In this document: one piece after another, positions 54,293 through 64,000 of the stretch | Layout of the letters: each line of letters opens with the position of its first letter | Numbering within the stretch: position 1 is the stretch's first letter | Assembly: GCA_964187785.1 (NCBI GenBank) | Contig: OZ076409.1 | Span: forward strand, 10,418,001 to 10,482,000 | DNA length: 64,000 nucleotides | Direction of reading: 5' to 3' | DNA from: Amphiscolops sp. MND2022 | Lineage: Eukaryota | Translations under genes and position numbers: made by a program | The notes under the pieces: model-generated | Told to the model about the DNA's origin: nothing | Database searches by the model: none | Seen by the model: the letters and a program-made list of their open reading frames with translations, nothing else

Positions 54293-54849
54293 TGGTATCT
54301 TCGGCGTGATTGGGCCAAAGAGGGTAATTACTGAGGTAGTCGGTAAGAGAAGGATGCGTCAGCAGCGGAGCAGAGGTACCCGAAGGGGATAGCTCCGGTG
54401 GATTGTCTGACGGTGATAACTGTGGTGAGGGTGAGCGCCTAGGCTCATGATCGGAGAATAACTGCGGAAGGCAGTCGAGCATAGATGTGTCTGACAAAAG
54501 AGCAGGCACTGCGGGGGCTTCGATGATGTCTGCAGATTGTGTCTGCACCAGTTGTGGGGAATGGGTAGGAATGGGGAGCATCGCGTCTGACGTCTCATCG
54601 TCGGTCTCAGACGTGGAATAATCGAACTGTTGGTAATGCTGCCGGGTTCCTCCCGCGCGCAGCTTAGTGCGCAATCTAGTGTCCATCCAATGGCGTTGCC
54701 ATTAGAGGGTGGCGACACATCCGAGGCCTCTGAAAGTAATTGTTCAGAGTGATAGGAGGGCTTGGAGCAATCATCATCAATAGGTTCTACGGAGCGCTCG
54801 GGCTCAGGATCCATTACCACGGCGATGTCACCGGTATCTAATGCGTTGG

Positions 54850-57800
54850 CGGCGAACTCCAGGGGGCCACTATTATGAGGTTTCAAACGTTCAAAGTGGA
54901 CCTTTTGTCTTGTGTCCAGGATGTATACACGCCCATCCTGGAGAGTATGAAAAATGCGATGCGGGCCACGCCAAGCTCGCATCAGTTTCAGTGAACGCTT
55001 TTGTGAAACGTATCGACAAAAGCCCCGACCAAGTCGCCAGGTTTATAGGCTTTGGCCTGTATTGCGCGGTCGTACTTTAATTTTTGCCGCAGCTGAGCTT
55101 GGTGCGTGTTTCTACGCACCAAGTCGTGGATCTCTTGGAGACGTGCCAATACATGATCCACGTAAGCGTCGTGTGTGGGGAAGGACCGTGAGGCAAACTC
55201 GGGATACAGGTACGTAAGGGGTATCGCTTTTCCGGTGCCCCTGGTCAACATGTAGGGTGAGAACCCTGTGGTTGCGTGACGTGTGGAGTTATACGCACCT
55301 AGGACTTCGTCCAGGTGGCGATCCCAATCACGCATTCGTCGCGAACAGAAAACACGCAACAAAGTAAGAGCGTGCGATTCTGGCGTTCCACTAGACCTTG
55401 TGTGCGGGGGTGAACAGCAGTGGAAGTCACCTTCGTGACTTGTGAGGCTTTCATAAACTCATTAGAGACTTCCGCTGTTAAATTCGGAGCATTGTCCGAT
55501 TGCATCCGGGTAGGCGTGCCATGACTGGCAAACCATTTTTGCAAGAGCAATCGCGAGGTGGTAATTGCGTCATACTCGTCATGACTTCAAGGGACTGCCT
55601 CGGCAAATTTAGAAAAGTGGTCAATGATGACTAGGATACCCGTGTTGCCATCATCGGTGGGGCAAAGCTTCATATGATTGTACTGGACCAACTCATTGAA
55701 GTATCCGCTTTGAATATTCTTGAGATGGAACCGAACGTCCCCAGGTTTGTCTCGAACCTGCTGGCACGTGAGACACTGGCTCACGTACTCGCCCACAGTG
55801 CGGCGAATGCCAGGCCAGGTGTGGCGTTCCTGTATTCGCGCCACGACTTTGCCGATGCCTTGGTGACCCATAGCATTGTGGGCCTGGAAGAAAATGTCAT
55901 GTTGATATAACTGAGGCATCACAATCATGCAAAGGCGTTCATGAAGTGGACGTTGGGTTGAGGGGTTTTTCACACAGAGCACGCCATTGGATATTCGGAA
56001 AAGTAGCTCCTTCTTTTGCTTGAAATAGTTCCGAGCCCCCGGTACGTCCCCGGGAAATATATCCTGATCGATGTTTTCCCCATTCACCAGCCTTTTGAGT
56101 ACAAAGACATGCACGTCTCGATTCTGTGCGAGGAGTAGGTCCTTGATGCCATGAACCGTGTGGGTATGCTCGTGCAGCTCGGTACCCACACTGTGAACAG
56201 CCAGTGCGGCTTGCCTGATGTGACCTGGGACATTTTGCATGGTCATTCCGTCAGTGTTTGCTAGGTCAAAGGTGGTACGCGAGGGCACGTTGGTAATGTG
56301 CGTGGGCAGCAGATAATCATGATGAGCTTCTTCAGTCACATCAATCCAGTCCTCTGGATAGTCGGGATAGAAGTCTTCGTGAGCATGAAGGATTGGGGGT
56401 GGCGGTTGAGGCAAAGGTGCTTCCATAGCTTTCTGCCGTTGGTCTCGCCAATATCAAGAGGTGCGGGCTGCAGGTTTTTGAGATGTTCGGGTAGCCCAGG
56501 ATGGTTCAGGATGATTCGACCTTGTACATCGAACCAGGGCGTTGTAGGCAGCTGTTCGTATTCATCTTGAGATAAGAATATCCAGCGCTCTGCTACCGGG
56601 GGCAGCTTCTCGAGTTGTTTCTCCCTCCATCGTTAGTCATTTGTTCGTTTGGACAATCCATCGGCATTGCGATGTTGTGTTCGGGGTCGATGTTCGACCC
56701 GGAAATGGTATTTTTCCAGCGTCATGTTCCACCTACCAATCAGGGCTTGGTCGGTAGAATACGTTTTGAGCCACGAGAGGGTCTGACGTGAACTTACGCG
56801 GGCAAAGGTAGCTGTGATTCTTCACAATGAAGTGATAAGCAGCGTACATCTCCAATTTAGGCGCTCCGTACTTGGCTTGCGTAGCGTTGAGCTTCTTGCT
56901 ACCATAGAGTATTGGACGTAAACGTCGCTCTCCAGGTGGGCCTTGCCACTGGTGGAGGATGCCAGAGATGGCGACAGCACTAGCATCGGTATCCAGTACA
57001 AATTCGCCTTCGGAATCCGGTTGCGCCAGCGTTGTGGCATCGAAGAGCGCCTTTTTTATTTCATTGAAGGCAAGCTGTTGTTCGGATCCCCAAGCAAAGG
57101 TAGCGTTGAGGCCAGTGATGGCATGCAAGGGGGCCACCAGTTTGGCATGCCAGGGAATGAACTTGCGGTAATAATTGGCAAAACATAGGAAGCTTTGCAT
57201 TTCTGTCTTGTTACGCGGAACTTCCCAGTCGCGCAGCTTCGCAAAGGCCTTTATCACTACGCGACCGAAGTACTTGATTTCGGACTTCATGAAATCGCAC
57301 TTAGCAACTCGCATCTTGAAGCCAGCCTCGCGCAAGCAATCGAAAACCTCACGTAGACGTGTCATGTGGTCTTCCACGGTTTCTGTGGCGATGACTAAAT
57401 CATCTATGTAGGCCATTACCATGCTACCTTCACGATTTACGATGTTGCGTAGCGCTCGTGCTATTGCTCTTTGGAAGGTGGCAGAGGCATTGCACATGCC
57501 AAAGGACATGCGTCTCCAATCGAACAACCCTAACTCACATGCAAAGGCGGTTTTTTGGCGGTCAGCTTTCCGAACCGGAATTTGCCAGAATGCCCTTTAC
57601 GGTGATCTCATCCAAAGGGCGGAAGTCACAGCAGAAGCGTAACTCGCCGTTCTTTTTCTTCACCATCACAATTCCGCTTGCCCAAGGGGACAGGGAAGGT
57701 TGGGAAGGGAAAGTTGCGCACTTCTTGATTAACCCGTTCGGCTTTTTTAGGGGAAATGCGCCTTGCACCCTCGCGGTGAGGTATGGCGCCTGGTTTTACC

Positions 57801-59508
57801 TCCACTGGATACTTGGCTATAGTGCTTCGACCAATGTCAGCCTTATGTTTCATGAACAAATCATCAAACTCTGTGAGAATGTTCTCAAGCGCTGTACAGG
57901 CAGCTGGGCCCCAGAGGTCCTGGACCTCTTTAAGCTGTGACTCAGGTCCCGGTATGGGAGCCACAATCTCCGGGCGATCCGAGAGACCTGCTTCCGTTGG
58001 CTCAGTTGAAGACAAAAATTCAAATTCGGACGAAGAGGTTAATTGAGAATCAGTACTATAGTTCATTTTCTCATAAACTCTATTTACAAACGAAAGATGG
58101 TCGTTATTGACCTCAGTTTTGAGGTTATCCGGCGTTTGCTGAGGTAGACCAAGGAGACCGGTACTACATGGCCCTAGCCGAGTTCCCTTCCGCACCCGTT
58201 GAGGGTTACTTGTTAGATTCATCAGGCTGACGAACACCAAGCCTGACTCGCTGACAGTGGCGACGCTGTCCTCTAAAAACACAACATTATGCAACGACGC
58301 GTCAGCAATGGCTGCGTTCAAGGCTACACTTTGAAAGATCAATGGTTCAAGAGTGTCAGTGATGAGCTTAGCTTTAACCACTGTGCGCTCGAAAGGCTGT
58401 AGGACTAAATCGCTGTCCAAGGCAACCGGGGTAGCTAACGAAGTATCACCTACCTGTGCGTGTGCATGATGCAAAACGGGCTTAACGGGTGCTCGCACAA
58501 CGATCTTCATGGAAGTGAGATCCACCAGGACTTGATAGGAACGGAGGAAGTTCCGGCCTAGCAGAAAGTCCTCCACACCCATTGCATCGTCCACTACGAC
58601 AAAGTTGGTTTCAAGTTCGTATCCTCCCAAGTGGAAACGAATCTGCTCGGGCTAGACCAAAGGTCTTTATTGTTTTCCATTGGCAGCGTACAAGTCGATT
58701 TGATAGGGCTTTGGGACAGTACCGGTCCGAGCAGCCACTTGAAGGCGGAGAACGTCAATATCGATACGCCTGAACCGGTGTCCACCAGTCCACGTAGAGG
58801 GATAGGTACCGCATGGGGCACTACGAAAGAAACAACAAACGACGCACGCTCGTCTATACGTGCCTCACCAGTGGGTTCCTGGTGGTTGATGATATAGCAC
58901 TACAGTTCTTGGGGACCCAGACATATGCCAGGTGGGAACACATCCACCACCACACAGGCTTCGAACTTTACATCCACACCATCCATAGTGGCACAGATCG
59001 GCACTGGGGAATACGTCGTCAGGGTTTCAGAATCTCCAGGGGCGTACCATTCTTTGGGACGGGGCAACTCAACTCGTCTATAGAGGAGGGACAGTTCAAC
59101 CCAGAGCTTCGCCAGAGTTAACGTTGGCCTGCGCAGTTGTTCCGCGGCTAACATCAGGTGAATCGAGATCAACGTCCGTCCTTGTGGGTCGAACGTGGTA
59201 GGCTCTAAGCAAGTTTGGACTTGCTTGGCGCCGCAAGTAATTGTTAGCGGGGTGTAGAAGGCTGGCGGTTCCGCCGGATGTAGCATTAATACGCGATCAT
59301 CCTCTATGGGTACTGTGTGCGCAGCGACGCCAGCCGACTCGACCTCCACCCATCGGCTGTAGGCGAATTTGTCATTGGGTTTCGGGGAGTGGGAGTGCTC
59401 ACCACATTGCACATCCGCATGATCAAAAACTCCACAGTTGGTGCATTGACGAATTCCGGGATAGCTTTCCAGAACACCATCAGTCACGTCTTCGGCAGTG
59501 ACTTTCAC
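54850..59508 (-). pseudogene. Gypsy pol (protease, RT, RNase H, integrase), frameshifted
   Basis: LVDTGS..LLGRNFL; SPWASGIVMVKKKNGELRFCCDFRPL; FGMCNASATFQR; YIDD; LDTDASAVAISGIL; H..MGH..C..C; IDHFSKF; SDNAPN; GLVERQN; WRGPHRI. Confidence 0.92.
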
Positions 59509-59544
59509 GCCTTCAGGTTCAGGGACAGCCAGTGGTTTACGAGC

Positions 59545-61915
59545 TTAGTCTCGACCAAAATGCCCAGTTTGGCCACAATTAAAGCAAGCACCCAAGGGTA
59601 AACGCACAACAGGTTGTGCCACTGCTTGATTCGGCGGGGCATTGCTCGCCGGGGGGGGAGGCATCGCCCCTTGAGGTAGCACCATCTTGTTGGGAGGTAG
59701 TGGTGCGAAAGGATGAGGCCTTGACCTCATGGCATATCGAGGGTCAAAGGGCGCCGACCTTGGTCGAGTACGCTGCAGTTGCCGTGTCGTAAATCGCAAG
59801 GATTCGACAGTGGGAGGCTCGGTGACCGTGGATTCGGACGCATAGATAATGGAGAGCTCCCTCCGTAGGGCTGGGTCACGAACGCCTTCGATAAAGCGCT
59901 GCAAGATTTCATAACGTTTAGTCGTGACGGACTCACCAGGGAAGCCTTGGCTTCGCAGCCCCTCCAATGCATCTAAATACTGCATCCAATCTTCCCTGTC
60001 GGATTGCTGTCGCGTTGCAAAGGCCTGACGCACTTGCATGCGATTACCTCCCGTTCCGAATCGACTAGCTAACAAGTCAAAGACTTTTTCCGGTTTGTCT
60101 CTTTCAGACTCGGCCTTGTTGATGATGTAGTTTCTGGCTTCACCTTCTAGGTGCCCAATGATGCTCCATGCTTTGTCATCGGGGGTGGCTTTGGCCTGAG
60201 TGCGTTGGAGGTAGCGACGCATAACTAGGATCCAACCATCAATGGAACCCTCCTTTGAACCTCGGTAGACACTGGGCCTAGCCTGCGTCGGGTCACGCCC
60301 GGCCAGCAATGGGGCTAATTCTTTGGACATGGCCTTGGAAATTGCCGCGGTGAACCGTAACTGCTATTGGGAGACTACTTCTCCTTCCTCACTAGGGGCG
60401 GGAGAATTGTCTCGACTTCCCCTGGTGGCTTGCATGGACAGTTCACCATTTACGTCGTTCTCTTACGAGTGCCACTGGCGCAAGGGTCACCAGTGGGGAC
60501 TCCCTCACTCGCAGTGAGGAACATTGAGGTGATACCTGCTGTTCCGCTTCTGGCAGTGGTGTAAACCTCGTCCTCGGCACTGCTATCGCGTGAGCCATCC
60601 GTTGCCTTGGTATCAGTTAGATCTACGGTTGATGAGGTAGTCGTCATGTGATCCACTGCTCGATTTTGGGTGCGAGTAAATGTTGGTGCCGGCGGTAGCG
60701 ATACGCTACTAAGTGGGTTGGGTGCGCACACGCGCACTTTGTTGGTCTTCTTGCCTGTCGGTGGCGGTTAAGATAATTTGATAATTTGGGTTCAGACTTG
60801 GGGCTCGTTTTCAACGTGATCAGCTGATTGGGAGTGCGCATAGGCACGGTCTTGCTGGTGGATGCGATGGGTTCGGCGGCCTTGGGTTGCTTATCGACAG
60901 GTGCCGCCGTGCGGGACGCAGCGCTCAGGGTATGCATCTGGTTGTTAAGCTCCGCCATCTGGACTTCCATGCGCAGTTCGCGTTGGAGAAGCATGTCTTT
61001 CATCTCTTCCAGACGATACCCCAAGGCGTCAACCTTGGCTGCATGTACTGTTGTCTGTTGGGTGGCAGCCCTCAGGCTATCCTTTACCGAGCTCTGCATA
61101 GCCTCCAGTTCCGCAGTGATAGCTTGGTGTTGTTAATTGCACTCAACGCGGGTGTCGGCTAAACGTGCCAAGGCCCGCTCGGCTTCGGCTTCCGCCTTGA
61201 GCATCGCGGTCCTTGCTGCTGCTGCCTCCTCAACGGCTCTGTACGCCGAGGAACGTCGTGAAGAGGTGCTCGACGTGGTGCCATCGCGATAAGAAGAGGC
61301 ACTGTCACGGGCCAATTCTTCTTGCACGCACAATGTGGGAGGGCGTGTCTTCTGTTTGCCAGCGCTTTTGGCTCGGCTTGCCTCGAGGCGGTATTTAGCA
61401 TAGTTCATGCCACCTACGTAGGTCATATTCTCTAAGACCGCCGCAGTGTCGTTACTGGCTGGACTATCATCGTCTCGGGGTGCTCTCGAGCACCCATCAC
61501 GCGTAAGGGTCATCTGCGCTGCCGTTTGATTTGAGTTGGGCTAGGACCCCGCGGTTTGAGGCGACACCAATTGACCCCGATTGTCTTGGATCCACTGTCC
61601 CGTGCGGATAAGCTCATTGGATACGGGCGAATCCCCACGATTGAGAGTCATGGCATTCTGCTCCTCTCGTCGCTGTTGATCGGCAGTTACGCAATCACTC
61701 ATTGCTTCTTAAAAGGAAGAACCGGTTACCGAGGAATCCACAGAGGACCACGCCGTTAGGCTCAGTTCGCTAGTAGTGCTAGAGTCCTCTCGTTGGATTG
61801 AGCTCCTTTCTTGCGCATCATCCATGTCCACTGCATTGCTGGTACTGGACTCGCTAGTCCTCGACACCCCGCGCGTGAGCAGCTTGGCAATGGCCGCTAC
61901 ACCGGTCCAGAACAT
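59545..61915 (-). pseudogene. Gypsy gag with stops and frameshifts
   Basis: Coiled coil, capsid-like HLEGEARNY..LASRFG..RFIEGV, CFNCGQTGH zinc knuckle; ATG at 61915. Confidence 0.85.
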
Positions 61916-63349
61916 GATGTGTCAATCGAACGACCGCGCAGTGATTTGAATCGACGTACCGATGACGTCCAATCCGTCAACCGATAAGCTATGCGGTCAC
62001 ACGAAATTTTGTCCGCTACACTCCTGCAAGGTTCACCTCCCGTAAAAGGAGTTCGGGGAACTCGGGAAATGCTTAGGGCTCCCGCAATATGCCCTCAGGG
62101 GTTCCCAGGGGGAGTCCGACCTCCAGTCGTTCCAGTGAGGACTTAAGAAATTTTCGACCTTAGCACGTTTCGGGAAGGTCGAAAACACTTCCAACAGTAG
62201 TATCAAGCTCAAATTTACACATGCGGTAGGTATCTACCCACAAGCTCCCAAAGTAAGCCTGGATTCACGCTAGGGGCGTGTGGAGACCAGTGCGGAACGT
62301 TTACAACACTCTCACTATTTTCTCAGACTACGTAAGAAAAAACACAAGTGGCTCGTACTCGTCACTCAACAGTCGGATCTGGCTCAAATATAGCCAGGGG
62401 ATCCTACACACACGTAGGTACACGATGGTGAACGCCGATTTGAGTTTCTTGACTTGTGCGTACTTTTCCCTGGGTACAGACGAGCGGTACTCCCGTGTAT
62501 CAGTTGGGGGTCAAAATGCACTCTAATCACACAATTTCTGAGCACTGGTTGCAGTCAGCAGTCTGGTTTTTTTGCTAGCAGTGTGCCAACTAGTACCAAT
62601 TACGTTGGTAAGTGGTAATCTGTCCTCACTCTCAAGTTAGGTTGTTCGGGGCTTTCAAAAAAAACTTTGCAAAATGGCCTTTTTGCACCCCTTTTTGAGC
62701 GGTACTTTTCGTGCTATTTCTCGACGACTATCGTATCAACCGAAACAAAACTTGGCACGCGTTGCCAGTGGGCACCTACAATGCCGGTTTGATAGTCCAA
62801 TTGAAGCGCCTTGGCTTATTTGGGACTTCGGCTAGGTACCGACACAATCTAAAAAAACCGGTCTTTTTTGACACTTTTTTCACAAATCGGCTAAGAGGGT
62901 CGACACTACAAACGTTGCGGCAAGCTCAGTGGGTTTAAAGTGTTGCCCCACTGATCGCAGCACCGCCACCAACTACCAATTGGCCGTGCCCTTTCTGTGT
63001 AAGACACTGTTGTTCCTAAAGTTTTGGCTTTTTTCGGTTATTTCGGTGCTATCTGAGGTCGAAACGTCACAGAGTTTTTCTCGACTTTGGTGAAAGTTAT
63101 GTTCACCAAATTTTCGGTACCAGCGTTTATTTTAGTGGTGGTTACGAAAAAGTAACCACTTCTTGGCTAGGGTTCAGGGATATATGACCCGACCCTAACA
63201 AATAGACAATCCGGTTTTGTGGAAATTCAGTCAATTTCAGTGCGTTTTTCCACTTTTCTCAACACTGAGTGGGAATTTTTGCACGCAGTTTTTACCACAG
63301 TGCGTTATTTTTATTGTAAAAACAGAAAAAGAGAGCGCATGTAAGTAAA

Positions 63350-64000
63350 GAGTAAATGTTGGTGCCGGCGGTAGCGATACGCTACTAAGTGGGTTGGGTG
63401 CGCACACGCGCACTTTGTTGGTCTTCTTGCCTGTCGGTGGCGGTTAAGATAATTTGGGTTCAGACTTAGGGCTCGTTTTCAACGTGATCAGCTGATTGGG
63501 AGTGCCTATAGGCACGGTCTTGCTGGTGGATGCGTTGGGTTCGGCGGCCTTGGGTTACTTATCGACAGGTGCCGCCGTGCGGGACGCAACGCTCAGGGTA
63601 TGCATCTGGTTGTTAAGCTCCGCCATCTGGACTTCCATGCGCAGTTCGCGTTGGAGGAGCATGTCTTTCATCTCTTCCAGACAATACCTCAAGGCGTCAA
63701 CCTTGGCTGCATGCACTATTGTCTGTTGGGTGGCAGCCCTCAGGCTATCCTTTACCGAGCTCTGCATAGCCTCCAGTTCCGCAGTGATAGCTTGGTGTTA
63801 TTCATTGCACTCAACGCGGGTGTCGGCTAAACGTGCCAAGGCCCGCTGGGCTTCGGCTTCCGCCTTGGGCATCGCGGTCCTTGCTGCTGCTGCCTCCTCA
63901 ACGGCTCTGTACGCCGCGGAACGTCGTGAAGAGGTGCTCGACGTGGTGCCATCGCGATAAGAAGAGGCACTGTCACGGGCCAATTCTTCTTGCACGCACA
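63350..64000 (-). repeat. Second copy of gag segment 60675-61331, running off the window
   Basis: About 16 substitutions and one 9-bp indel in ~650 bp by hand count. Confidence 0.9.

Larger units (their letters stand above)
46619..64000 (-). mobile_element. Giant decayed Ty3/Gypsy LTR retrotransposon (5' LTR not in window)
   Basis: 3' LTR plus PPT; gag-PR-RT-RH-IN order; ~6 kb of extra same-strand coding sequence; higher GC than flanks. Confidence 0.92.

Noticed and set aside
62300..63349. 5' LTR of the Gypsy element
   Set aside because: No match to 46619-47347 and no TGTAACGGCA terminus; treated as leader sequence.
48107..63960. Many plus-strand ORFs over the Gypsy element
   Set aside because: Antisense shadows of GC-rich coding sequence with no recognisable motifs.

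Overview
AT-rich, repeat-dense animal (invertebrate-like) genomic DNA; no prokaryotic features. (1) About 1.6-19.0 kb: a roughly 18-exon BCAS3/rudhira-like WD40 gene on the minus strand; my hand-built model is phase-consistent and gives about 1088 aa. Its introns hold hAT, Tc1-like, Mutator-like and Helitron2/Helentron-like non-autonomous elements. One intron (14828-15268) is exactly a 433-bp TIR element plus one copy of its 8-bp target-site duplication, with splice sites taken from the TSD, i.e. an Introner-like intron gain. (2) About 19-40 kb: decayed transposons: a TIR element with an internal 904-bp tandem duplication, a CR1/L2-group LINE, a CRE-like RLE retroelement with an N-terminal PHD finger, Mutator-like MITEs sharing internal cassettes, tRNA-like sequences and a perfect 106-bp palindrome. 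(3) About 40.9-44.4 kb: the 3' part of a DEG/ENaC channel gene (minus strand). (4) 46.6 kb to window end: a very large (>17 kb) decayed Ty3/Gypsy element on the minus strand, with a 3' LTR at 46619-47347, gag-PR-RT-RH-IN, two tandem TARG1/OARD1-like macrodomains after integrase, and a further long ORF with an SGNH-like region. All homology calls are by eye from remembered motifs; no searches were run.
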